Assembly (NCBI RefSeq): GCF_006345805.1
Contig: NC_042998.1
Span: forward strand, 62,930,001-62,994,000
Length of the DNA: 64,000 nt
Direction of reading: 5' to 3'
From: Octopus sinensis
Taxonomy: Eukaryota
Part shown: positions 13,059 through 25,126 of the stretch, piece after piece
Layout: each line of letters opens with the position of its first letter
Position numbering within the stretch: position 1 is the first letter of the stretch
The notes under the pieces: model-generated
The model's database searches: none
Seen by the model: only the letters and a program-made list of their open reading frames with translations
What the model was told of the DNA's origin: nothing
Program-made: the position numbers and the translations under genes

Positions 13059-13250
13059 CAGTGCTTCGTAACCTCTCCGGCCACCCTTTGAGGTACACTT
13101 ATACTCTTTTCAAAATTCGGTGACACACCGGAAATACAAATATACCTAAAAGTATAGGAGGTGGGGGTCATATTCAGGTTACACTGCAACACTCTTAGAA
13201 TCGTCTGGTCACACACTAGTGTGCCGCGGTATACCGGTTGCGGAGCATTG
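13059..13250. mobile_element. hAT (Charlie-like) MITE
   Basis: TIRs cagtgcttcgtaacc and ggttgcggagcattg; 8-bp TSD gtttagag/ttttagag (7 of 8 match). Confidence 0.75.
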
Positions 13251-13397
13251 TTTTAGAGAATTGTTTGCTGTGATGCTCCAGCTGGAGTCCTGATTCTGAA
13301 GCTTACAAGTAAGAGACCGCCTTTAAAGACATCCAAGTACCAGATGTTGGTGTTAAACCGGATGACGGTTTAGAATGTGCACGCAATAGCGTTAAAT

Positions 13398-13638
13398 CAG
13401 TGGTTTCCAAAGCGTGCGTTACTGTGACTCTGGCGGCGGTGGGAACACCCAGTGGGGCGCTGAAGAAAAGTGGGGGCGATAATGAGGTTCGATGGATATA
13501 AAAACAAGAAAATAGAGGTTAATTAGAATTTATTTGTGAAATACAGTTGTTTTCACGGGGTTAGAGTGGGGGTAACATGGAATGTGGTCTGGGTGCCGGG
13601 GGTGGGGGTGGCAAGCCGAAAAAATTTGGGAACCACTG
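13398..13638. mobile_element. hAT (Charlie-like) MITE
   Basis: TIRs cagtggtttccaaa and tttgggaaccactg; TSD not preserved. Confidence 0.65.
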
Positions 13639-13652
13639 AACAGTAAGATACG

Positions 13653-14060
13653 TTTTATCTTTTACTTGTTTCAGTCATTAGACTGCGGTCATGCTAGAGC
13701 AGCTCTTTGTGGAGTTTACCCGATGAAATCGTCATCGGTAATTGTGTTTTGAGCCTCAGACAAATTCTATCGAAAGCTTTTGCGGAACCGCTAAGTTACG
13801 GGAAGCTACACTAAATAATACCTACTTTCAATTGGATTTGGTGGGATGGATAAACTCAAATACACGCACGCCCACACACACATATACACACAGATATATG
13901 CGAAGAATTCCACACAGTTCCTGTCTAACAAATTTACTCTCAAGATATTGGTGGGTCTGAGGTTATAAAAACCCCTGCCCAATGTGTCACGTAGCAGGGT
14001 TGAACCTGAAACCACATGGTGGCAAATGGAGCTGGTTAACCTTATTCACATGCCTGCACC
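13653..14060 (-). mobile_element. SINE family A, diverged
   Basis: Tail tttacttgtttcagtcattagactgcggtcatgc and head remnants near 13980-14060. Confidence 0.65.
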
Positions 14061-14601
14061 CATTTTGTATTTCATATTTATGTTTGAATATGCAAATTTA
14101 ATAGCGAAGTGATGTGTAACGAATGCGAAGCGAAGCCATATATTCGTGGCTGATGGTGGTTAATCTGTTTGCCGGACCTCATGAGGTTTTCTGCCAATGA
14201 GAATTTTCAAAAATTTGGTGTATTAACTTCATTTATTATTTATGGTAAGCTTAGAATACTGCGTTTATCAAAAATGCTACATGTTATACAATATTTCTAA
14301 TTATCACAAAATTCTGTGCATAAAATAATTAAGCTTAACTGTTACTATTAAGCTAAACTGCTCGCTGACAAATTTCTCCGCTATAAAGCTAAATACACAA
14401 ACATGTGTATATTAATGTAAACAAACTGGCATTTTGTTTTTATTCTAAGAGTCGAAATGTGTATTACAGAATAGAAAATTTGATGATAATATTTTTCGGA
14501 CGCAAAAAAACGCCATTGAAATAGCGGAAATATTGGATAAATTACGCTTACAAAGCTGTAAAAATTTTCTCAACACATCAGTTTATATCATATATGTATG
14601 T

Positions 14602-14852
14602 GTGGAGGTGCGTGGCTTAGTGGTTAGTGTGTCAGCACCACGATCGTAAGATTGTGGTTTCGATTCCTGGACCGGACGACGCGTTGTGTTCTTGAGCAAA
14701 ACATTACATTTCACGCTGCTCCGGTCCACTCAGCTGGCAAAAATGAGTAACGCTGCGATGGACTGGCGTCACGTCCAGGTGGGGAACACATGCGCCATAG
14801 AAACCGGGTAACTGGGCCTATGAGCCGCCTGGCTAGGATTTAGAAGGGCACT
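14602..14852 (+). mobile_element. SINE family C (tRNA head plus CORE-like domain)
   Basis: A box tggcttagtgg, B-box-like gtttcgattcc, then ttgagcaaaacattacatttcacgctgctccggtccactcagctgg; homolog at 26770-27002. Confidence 0.75.
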
Positions 14853-14918
14853 TGTATCTATATGTCTGTCTGATTGTCTGTCTGTCTGTATGTATGCATG
14901 CATGTACCTATCTATCTT

Positions 14919-14960
<42 letters not shown>

Positions 14961-14967
14961 ATATATA

Positions 14968-15000
<33 letters not shown>

Positions 15001-15068
15001 CTATATTATATATATAGAGGAGAGAGATACATGCATGCATACATACATACAGACAGACAAAGAGACAG

Positions 15069-15113
<45 letters not shown>

Positions 15114-15338
15114 TACATATAACGAAAATTACCCAACAGGATATCAAGAAGTGATGCAGTACGACTTTTTCAAGCGGCTCCATTTAATTGTACAATGCAA
15201 TCATTACATCAATTTAAATGCAGGGCTGTATATATATTTATATATTATATATATACACATATATATATATGCATATATATATGCTAAGGTGTTGACAAAA
15301 CTTTTATCGACTGTAAGCCTAATTTACCCAATATATAT

Positions 15339-15372
<34 letters not shown>

Positions 15373-15511
15373 TATACATGTATACACATATATACATATA
15401 TATATGAATATATATATACACATATATATGTATGTATATGCATGTGTTTCTGTGTGTGTATACACACATACAACATATATATATATACATACATATATAT
15501 AAGCATATATA

Positions 15512-15889
15512 TCTCTCTATATAAACGGCAGTTTGTCTGTGCGTGTTTCTGTGTGTCTGTTTTCTCGTACCCTCACCCTGACCACGGCTTTCAACCGATT
15601 CTGATGAAACTTGACACACACATAGCCAATGTTAATTCAAAACTAACGCAGCGAAAAATTTGAAAAGTTCCCCCAGTTCTGAAATAAATCGATAAATTCG
15701 ACATGGGGTCGAGAATGAGAAACCCAAACCACAGACCGTCTAGGGACGCAACTCCACCTGTTTTAACTCTCAAAAAAATTTACCATAATTTTTTTTCCAT
15801 TTTTTTGCTATTTTTTGGCTATAACTCTCTAAAAATGCTTTATAGTTATTTCCCTTACAAACCTGAGCAACGCCGGGCGATACTGCTAG
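15512..15889 (+). mobile_element. Non-autonomous Helitron, complete
   Basis: A|TC start, gtctgt motif, 3' ...gagcaacgccgggcgatactgCTAG|T; the last ~110 bp are shared with 4430-4547. Confidence 0.75.
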
Positions 15890-15921
<32 letters not shown>

Positions 15922-15946
15922 CACAATTCATGTAACACATATATGC

Positions 15947-15980
<34 letters not shown>

Positions 15981-16022
15981 TGTGTGTATGCATGTGTTTG
16001 TGTGTGTATACATACATACCAC

Positions 16023-16068
<46 letters not shown>

Positions 16069-16106
16069 ATGTGTGTGTGTGTGTGTATGTATATATATAA
16101 GCATAT

Positions 16107-16487
16107 ATACATATAAGAGGAATGCCTCCTAATATGCTAAATGTAGATTCCATATTATCTGCCCACTAAGAAAATTGTTCTCCAGATAATTCGTCAAACG
16201 CCAGAACGTAAAACGGGCAAGACAAATGAAAAGATACAAAATATAATGATTAGTCACATACCAGGTTTCATTGTTACCATTTACATTTCGTAAATGTCTC
16301 CAAATCTTCAGTGTGACCGTCATAGAATATATAATTCACAGAGCATGCATATAGTTCTATCAATTATATTTGGGGCTAGATTTCAAATGTCTTCGTTTTG
16401 AGAACAATTTTGTATGTGCTCAGACCATATGGGGTCTACATTTAGCATATTAGGAGTCCACCTTGTGGTCATTCCTCTTATATGTAT
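16107..16487. mobile_element. TIR element (MITE), superfamily unassigned
   Basis: Left atacatataagaggaatg..ctcctaatatgctaaatgtaga pairs with right tctacatttagcatattaggag...cattcctcttatatgtat. Confidence 0.6.
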
Positions 16488-17173
16488 GTAATATAATTTT
16501 CTGAATCTTCAAGATTTTTCAATATGCTGTGTAGTATCTCTTTCTCCCATTATATTTATTTTGTAAGTTTCAAGGATCTGGAATACGAAGAAGTTCACTA
16601 GCAGAGTACAATTCAATAGCCGTTTATTTACAGAGTTCTCGTTCATGTGCTTCGCTCTCAGTGACTATCTTTATAACAGTGCGTGGTTTGTCTTAATTTC
16701 ATACACGTGAGGCTCATTACCTCTGGCGATAAGCGTGTGGTGTCAGAGTGGGACAAGAATCCTCTATGAGCTGCTAGCTTCGCTGTCTTTTTCGGCGTTG
16801 AGTGTGACAGGAGTGAGAGAATGTTGTTCTCTTGCGTAGATACTGGTTGCCAGCGAGAGTTGCATAAATACATAGAATTAAATTAAATCAAAACACATTA
16901 GTGTAATTTTCCCTAAAACCCCCAAGAAGTTAAGGAGATAGACAAAGAACATGCTGTATTATCTGAGGATTGCTCTGCATTTAAATTGATGTAATGGTTG
17001 TATTGTCCAATTAAATGGAGTCGCTTGAAACGATCGTACTGCATTACCTCTGGATATCCTGTTGATTATTTTGATTTTAATCATCTTATTTTGTAACTGT
17101 ATGGATAATACCGTACTAAATTCTGGTGCCTCAACTTAAGTACCTAGTTCATCTGAATCTAAATTTTTGCTTA

Positions 17174-17669
17174 CCGTAAATCTTCGAGTATAATCCGCCC
17201 TTGAGTATAATACGCAGGGGATTTTTAGGGGGCTGTACTTCTGAAAAACTTAAACCTTGTGTATAATACGCACTCCTCCTCTGACTTGAGTCTTGCGTAA
17301 TTAAGCCAGCAGCGCCTAGTCGAACAAACACTTCCGCACATGCGTATACAATAATGGTGATGTTCTTAACTGTATATGGGAATGTAAATATGTTTGCAAA
17401 TTGTTTTTGTTACATGTTATTCCGTGTTCTGAATACTTTTATTTTAATAAATGTTGCTTACTGCAAGTTATGGATGATTCTTTTATGACTTCATTGCTTT
17501 CATTCTTAGCTTAAGGTATTTTCGCAAAATGCGTCTGAATAAACAGCAAATAGAGACACGGACATTGCTTAGAAAATATTTTTCATGTTTAACCTCGTAT
17601 ATAATACGCACTAGGGATTTTGGCCTTTAAAGTTTGGGAAAAAATGTGGATTATACTTTAGATTTACGG
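17174..17669. mobile_element. Tc1/mariner-pogo type MITE with TA TSD
   Basis: TA|ccgtaaatcttcgagtataatccgc ... gtggattatactttagatttacgg|TA; repeated internal tataatacgca motifs. Confidence 0.75.
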
Positions 17670-17929
17670 TATGTATATACGTTCTAATAATGGAGCATAT
17701 AAGCCCTCGACAGAAAAAAGCTGGCTTTCCCGTACGTGATGTGGGTTCGAGTCCCACGCGTACGGGCTTATATTCCCCATTATTAGACTATTTACCTTAG
17801 CCATTCGTACGGTGATCGCTATAAGCTTTAAGCTTATAAAAATACCATTATTATTATTTACAGAATTGTAAAACTCGTTACCGCTTAAAAAACCCATTCG
17901 CACTGAAATATATATGTGTGTGTGTGTCA

Positions 17930-18075
17930 ACAAATCGATCCCAGGACTTAATTTTTCAAAGCCTAGTACTTGTTCTATCGGTTCTTGTGCCGAACCGCTA
18001 AGTTACAGGGACTTAAACACACCAACATCGGTTGTCAAACGATGACGGGATGTAAAACACAGACATAAAAATACA
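17930..18075 (-). mobile_element. SINE family A, 3' half
   Basis: gccgaaccgctaagttacagggacttaaacacaccaacatcggttgtcaa segment. Confidence 0.7.
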
Positions 18076-18146
18076 TACACACATACACACACATACACAC
18101 ACACACACATATATACATACATACATACATACATACATAAATGCAT

Positions 18147-18205
<59 letters not shown>

Positions 18206-19087
18206 CATACATAGTACTGGACACATAAGTACATCGTAGAAGTCCACCAAGTTTCGCTGAGATCAACTAAATTAGAAACACCTCCATTTTGTTCATCAGT
18301 TTGTTTCATCACATATCCTACTCTCTTACTAAGATTTCTGTATTTTCTTCTCCCATGCTGTCTACTGGCTGTAGTTTTAGTTATCTATCTTGCATATTGT
18401 TTTTCTTGTTTGTTTTTAGATTTTAAACAACCGTAGACAGAGCTTTTCTTTCATAATTTTGTGAATAATTTCAGTTGATCGATAATTTTAATCTCACCAT
18501 CATACAGAAGTTAGACTGTAACAGATTTCTATTATTTAGAATATATTATTGAAACTACTAACACAGGAAGTGTCTCATTGAAACTTTAAATCTCATTCGA
18601 AACTAGTTTTCCTACCAATTATTTACTTTATATTTTTATTTCCTTTCAATAAAGTATCTCAGAGCTGTTTGGAACAAAACCAACATTTTTATATTTATCT
18701 TTTAATAATAATATTGAGTTATAGTTATTTGAAGTCCATCTTACAATTATCTAGCTAGTATTCACGCAGACAGAGAAACATTAGGTTTTTGTTGGGAAAT
18801 CATCTAAAATATATCACAGTATATGACAATTATATATGTTTTCTATAACTATGTTACGATATCAAATTGAAATGTATTTATTTAGTTTTATTGTCTATAA
18901 CAATTTCTTGACAATAGAAACATGGATTGTTTTGCAGGTTCTCAACATGTAGATCGGTTGTTCTGGTACTGAATATGACAACGGTCCGTCAACAACTGAG
19001 TGACTTTAGTTAGAAATGTGTCACAGCTTTTTTTCGTGTTTACATCCTGTGACTATATGCAACAGCAAAATATAAGTAAATAGATAC

Positions 19088-19182
19088 GTATGTATGTATG
19101 CATGTATGTATGTATGTATGTATGTATGTATGTATGTATGTATGTATGTATGTATGTATGTATGTATGTATGTATGTATGTA

Positions 19183-19213
<31 letters not shown>

Positions 19214-19250
19214 ATGTATGTATGCATGTATGTATGTATGTATGTATGTA
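19088..19250. repeat. (TATG)n microsatellite
   Basis: Direct reading. Confidence 0.95.
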
Positions 19251-20054
19251 TGCAGGCAGGCATATGTTTATGTACGTTCAAATACAATCATATTTTAATC
19301 CTGCAAACGTGTATCCGCTTAGTCCATTCTGTCTTTCTGTATGATTTCTAAACAGTTACAGATAATGATGACATCCTTATTCTTTGTGAAGCCATTCTAA
19401 GTTATATTTATTAGCTAATTTTTCTTTTGTTTATGTAAATAATGTCGACCATAAATATATCTTCTCGTTTTAGTGTATGCCTAAGTGTTCTGTCGCTAAA
19501 GATGAGTGTAATCAGCAATGCTGTGCTTATGACAACTGTTGCGGCAGAGTCAAGTATCCACATGTCTTATAGTCTCCAACCAATCAATCTATCGCTTTCT
19601 TATTGTCCTGCCAGTTATGGGGATTTCTTGAATCATGTGATCTCCTTTCTTCATTTGGATTTGTTACCAAATGCAACCAAGCGATTGCGCTACGTTCTCT
19701 ACAAACCGAAATAGTTTCTGTAAATCATGAATTTATCTTGCAGTTATATACTTAAGAGATGAAGAATTATGTACATTACTTATATTATTTACGTTTGACG
19801 GATATTTGTCCTCATCTTGTTTATTGTTTACACAACGTTTCGGCTGATATACCCTCCAGCATTCATCCTGATGAAAGCTGGAGGGTATATCAGCCGAAAC
19901 GTTGTGTTAACAATAAACAAGATGAGGAAAAATATCCGTCAAATGTAAATAACATAAGTAATGTACATAATTCTTCATCTCCTGAGTAAATTTTCGATGT
20001 TATTTATTATTATTTTTATCATCATCATCATTATTATTATTATTATTATTATTA

Positions 20055-20611
20055 TTGAGTGAGGGAGCAGTTCATGCCATCAAAGTGACACTGGGGTAAA
20101 ATATACGAAGCCCAATATACCCATCATGACTACCCGTCTGATAAGGGTACACCAGGCACATGCATCACAACCATATGTGCGCGACATGGTGATCTCATAT
20201 CAAGATAAACAGCGCATGACCTTGCAGGTGGGGCCCAGTTGGAAATTTCTTCAGGTTGAGTAGGCCATCCTGCTCAAAAGGTCCCTGAATAAGGGTTGTT
20301 TAAGGATGTTGAAAGAACCACCCATGTTTCCAGAAGTGAATTATTCAAACCCTAAAGAATCCCTCTCAACACATGGCTATGATGCTCCCCCACTACTTCT
20401 GCTCGTGATCAGAGATGCACATATCGTCAGCCACTAAGGGACATGCTCAACTGGTTAAGGTCAAACAACTGACAAGCAAATCTGTGGTATTGAGCAGAAT
20501 ATTTGCTGTAGCCCATCTTTTATACCAAGACAAACCAATGTACATGATAACACTTCTAATCAGTTAAGATCAGAAGCCATGAGAGCCACTGCCTGGTACT
20601 GCATCAGGGCA
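20055..20611 (-). mobile_element. Family E repeat, copy 2 (most complete)
   Basis: Reverse complement aligns with 10208-10750; (ATT)n on both sides. Confidence 0.8.
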
Positions 20612-20695
<84 letters not shown>

Positions 20696-20712
20696 TTTCA
20701 GGTCACTGCTTG

Positions 20713-20788
20713 GGTCATATGGCGTAGTGGTTAAGAGCGCGGGCTACTAAACCCAAGATTCCGTGTTCGATTCCAAACAGTGACAAGA
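20713..20788 (+). mobile_element. tRNA-like head of SINE family D (not called as a functional tRNA)
   Basis: ggtcata TGGCGTAGTGG (A box) ... GTTCGATTCC (B box) ... gtgac, followed directly by (AAT)n. Confidence 0.7.
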
Positions 20789-20856
20789 ATAATAATAATA
20801 AAATAATAATAATGATAATAATAATAACAATAATAATAATAACAATAATGATAATA

Positions 20857-20910
<54 letters not shown>

Positions 20911-21120
20911 GCTACTCAACCTGAAGAAAATTCTAACTGAGCCCCACCTGCAAGGTCATGTGCTGTTTATCTTGATATGAGATCACCATGTCGCGCACAT
21001 ATGGTTGTGATGCATGTGCCTGGTGTACCTTTATCAGACGGGTAGTCATGATGGGTATAATGGGCTTCGTATATTTTACCCCAGTGTCACTTTGATGGCA
21101 TGAACTGCTCTCTCACTCAA
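20911..21120 (+). mobile_element. Family E repeat, copy 3 (5'-truncated)
   Basis: Matches the 3' ~210 bp of the other copies; sits inside the (AAT)n tract of SINE D. Confidence 0.8.
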
Positions 21121-21139
21121 TAATAATAATAATAATAAA

Positions 21140-21288
21140 AACATCGAAAAATACCTTAGGAATGAGAACCCAGGTTCGAAATTTCCCCAAGACACCTGAT
21201 GAAGGCTGGGGGGTATATCAGCCGAAACTTTGTGTTAACAACAAGCAAGATGAAGACAAATATCCTTCAAATGTAAATAATGTAAATA
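21140..21288 (+). mobile_element. SINE family D body and tail with minimal hammerhead motif (21191-21236)
   Basis: GACAC CTGATGA A GGCTG gggggtatat CAGCC GAAAC TTT GTGTT. Confidence 0.7.
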
Positions 21289-21599
21289 ATGAATTTATCT
21301 TGCATGTTATTTAATACGTTCTTCAAATGTTATGAAGTACATATATAGAAAAAATAAACAAAAGTCTTAAAATATAAATAATCTGAAGCTTCAAGCTTAA
21401 CTGGTTTAAAGACCCCGAACGAAGCTGCACAGGAAATTATGCCCAGTTGCATGTGCTCTGAAAACACGTGTAGGTTGTCATGGCCATAAAAATATGCTGT
21501 ATGAAATTATAAAGTAAAAGGAAATAAATTTTGTGGATGTACAAGTCTCTATATTCTCTATAGTTATAATTATTGCTTTTATATATAGGCAAAGCATCC

Positions 21600-21706
<107 letters not shown>

Positions 21707-21707
21707 C

Positions 21708-23850
21708 AGATCAACAGGACCCGAGCGTAGACTTTACAAACTACGCTAAGGAAGGAGATACATCTGTAGTTGTTGCAGTCGCTTCTTTCGCCTTTGTTCT
21801 TGTAAAGGGTGATGATTTTAGCGTCCCTTATGTCTTGCGGCACGCTTCCCTCCTTCCAGCACTGGCAGAGAACCTCGTGCAAGGGGTGTAGCAAGGTAGT
21901 GCTTGATGAGGTCTGGAGGAATACTGTCGCTGCCTGGTGCCTTGCCTGTGGTCAAACTGTCAACGGCTTTACTGAGCTCGCCCACCGTAGGCTCTGCATC
22001 GAGCTCTTCGATGACTGGTATGTACTCGATGGCATCAAGGGCTGCAGGAGTCACTGTTGTGTCTGTAGAGAAGAGGTCAGAGTAGTGCTCCACCCATCTC
22101 TCCATCTGCCTGCCTCAGTCAGTAATGATTTCCCCGGTGTTGGATTTGAGGGGGGCGTTCTTGCTCCGTGTTGGTCCCAGTGCCTTCTTGATACCGACTC
22201 TGATGTTGCCTGTTGCAGCGGCCGTCTGAGTCCTCTCGCTGAGCTCTGTCCAGTACTCGCTGGCGCAGCTCCTGGCGCAGCTCCTGGCGATGTTCTGAGA
22301 CTTGCTTCTGGGCGCTTTGAGAATCTGCAGGTTTTTCGCAGTGGATGACCGCTTGTATTCTGCAAGTGCGCCACTCTTGGCCTCAATGACGGGGTTCATT
22401 ACGGACGACTTCTTCCCAAAAGTTGCCAGGGCGGTGCGGTGGATGGTAGCTCGCAGAGTTTCCCACTTCTTTTTGGCGGTATCTCCGGCCTGCGATGCCT
22501 TGTATACTCCTTGAAAGGCCTCTGCGAACTGTTCCACAAGATCGAGCCGAATCATCTTGCTAACGTCAATGCGCGAGGCCCCCGGTTTCTTTGCACTGTG
22601 GAACACTTTTAGTTGCAGACTGATCTTGCAGCATACCAGGGAGTGGTCTGTGTCGCAGTCCGCACTGTGGTAAGGGCGTGTATGGAGAACGTTTTTTATG
22701 GCAGCAAGCCTGACCACAATCAGATCTAGTTGATGCGAGTGCTTTGGGCGCGGGTGCCTCCAGGAGACCTTGTGTTGGGGTCCATTTTGAAGAAGAGTTG
22801 GCGATGCACAGGTTGTGAAGGGCACAAAGCTTGAGCAGTCGCTGACCATTCTCATTGAGTTTTCCCACTCCAAACGACCCAAGGCAAGAGGGCCACGAGT
22901 CGTTGTCTGCACCCACTCTGGCGTTGAAGTCGCTCAAGATAACAAGCTGTTCGGCACTTGGCATATTCCTGATGGTTGATGCAAGGTTCTCGTAGAACTC
23001 ATTCTTGGTGTCCGGGGTGGTGGACAGCGTTGGAGCGTACACACTGACGAAGTAGAGCCTCCGGTGGTGTTAAAGCAAAGTGTTTGCAGTCGCTCAGAGC
23101 CGCCACTGTTTGGTTCAGCAAGCTGTCCCTTACTGCAAAGCCCACTCCATGCTCTCTGGGCTCGTCAAAGCTCTTCCCTTGCCAGAAGAATGTGTAGTCC
23201 TTCTCCTTCAGTGTGCCTGCACCAGCAAGCCGTGTTTCTTGCAGAGTGGTAATGCCGATATTCAGTCTTTTGAGCTCGTCGTTGATGACAGCTGTTTTCA
23301 TGGCGCCACGGACATCCTGCAGATCTTGGGAAAAACCGGGCATGTGTGGACGGATGTAAGCCTGGGCAGTGTGGTATGGGGAACAGTTTGTTGCCCATGC
23401 AACTTATCTACCCTCTCCGCCTCATTGATGGGTCCAAAGGAACAGAAGGGCTGCTACAATTTGGCGTCAACGCGGTCGCAGGAGTTGCCAGAAAGAAGTG
23501 GAGATCAGCATCGAGCTGCCTTAGGGTCTCCGATTCCGGATTTTTCCTCGAGGTTTCCTCCTGGAGCCTTTTCCATGACTGGATATTGCCACAAGGCAGT
23601 GGCGGAGGTTTGAAATTAGAGTCTTCCTTCTCCTAGACTGACGGGCACCAACTACCCGAAGCATTTGATTTTAAGGCGTCAGAGACCCGCCTTTGCCCCT
23701 TCTCCTTTCTGTAAAAGCAGTTCCACCACGAGCAGGTCGGGAGTTGGACTTTGGTTGTCAGAGGCTTTTTGAGACGCACGCCATGTGGGAACATTTTGTA
23801 GATAGTAGGTGCTTATCCCTGCTACCATCCCGACTGTGACAAACTTCGGA
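21708..23850 (-). mobile_element. RTE-clade LINE, decayed: 5' UTR, APE endonuclease and start of RT; 3' part missing
   Basis: Frameshifted ORFs: LQETRLAG..KEKDYTFFWQG..EHGVGFAV (APE), YAPTL...DFNARVG, HQLDLIVV, KAPGSDSIP, DAKIITLYKNKGERSDCNNYRCISFLS (RT start). Confidence 0.9.
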
Positions 23851-23857
23851 ACCATAT

Positions 23858-23860
23858 GTA

Positions 23861-23942
<82 letters not shown>

Positions 23943-23996
23943 CTATCTATCTATCTACTATCTATCTATCTTTCTATCTATCTATCTATCTATCTA

Positions 23997-24036
<40 letters not shown>

Positions 24037-24179
24037 TACATATATAATATATATACATACATATATATATACATATACATATAATATATACATATATATA
24101 TACATATATATTATACATATATATATACATATATAATACATATATATATATATAATATATATATACATATATATAATAC

Positions 24180-24212
<33 letters not shown>

Positions 24213-24229
24213 CATATATATACATATAC

Positions 24230-24260
<31 letters not shown>

Positions 24261-24310
24261 CATACATATATACATATATATATATACACATATATATATA
24301 TATAGATATA
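23858..24310. repeat. (TCTA)n followed by compound (TA/TACA)n microsatellite
   Basis: Direct reading. Confidence 0.95.
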
Positions 24311-24811
24311 TGAATATACTAGTACACCTGCCCCCTTACCACCACACTTATGTACGTTTTGTGGTAGTCATCAAATATTTATGAGCATTATGTTGTTATT
24401 GGCGAAATCGTCGTCAGTATATTTCAGTATGTTTAACAGTTATCTCCCCTTATTTCAGTATTTACTTCACGTGTTGCATCCGTGCATTGATCTTTTATTT
24501 CAGTCTCTATTTTCTATTCTACAGACGTTAGCTCAGATTAAATTACGTTCCTCATTTTTTTTGGCAGATATATGATTATGACCAAAACAAAAACTGGAAT
24601 TCCATGTTCTTTATTAGTCTCTCGAGACTTTTACTTTTGATAGTAAAACCAAAACTGGCAACAGATTGCGAAACTTATTCAGATGGAAAGTCAATGAAAG
24701 AGACACAAAGCACAACGAGAATATTTATGCAACATGACCCTTAAATTATAAAGGATCTGGAAAAGTAAACCCCTAGATTTCTATAAACAATCATAAATAT
24801 ATTGTGCGATA

Positions 24812-25091
24812 TCTTTTACCTTTTTTCTCGTATCACTCTTCGAACTGCGGCCATGCTGGGGCACAACTTTGAATGGTTCACTCGAATAAATTGTCTCAGT
24901 ATGGAACTTCTTCTATCGGTGTATTTTGCCGAAACGCCAAGTGAACGAACTAACATTGGTTGTCAATAGTTGGTGGGGCACGAACACAGATACACACACA
25001 TATATATTTATCTCTCTCCCTCACTCTGTATATATATATATATATACATACATGTATATATATATATATATATGTATACATGTATATATAC

Positions 25092-25126
<35 letters not shown>

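Larger units (their letters stand above)
19743..21288. mobile_element. Composite head-to-head SINE D insertion flanked by a 16-bp direct repeat
   Basis: atgaatttatcttgca at 19727-19742 and 21289-21304; inside lie inverted tails, two family E copies, (AAT)n tracts and two opposed tRNA-like heads. Confidence 0.7.

Noticed and set aside
17725-17770. tRNA-like sequence with ggttcgagtccc B box
   Set aside because: No A box or cloverleaf; at most a SINE-head remnant.
19420-19565. Minus-strand MWILDSAAT resembling the Copia protease motif WILDSGA
   Set aside because: No other Copia domains or LTRs nearby; likely chance.
20713-20788. Functional tRNA gene
   Set aside because: The anticodon arm is irregular, the acceptor stem imperfect, and it is followed by (AAT)n rather than a poly-T terminator; fragments recur as repeats.
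23700-23850. HDV-like ribozyme in the RTE 5' UTR
   Set aside because: Known for some RTE elements, but I could not assign P1-P4 convincingly by eye; it needs a descriptor search.
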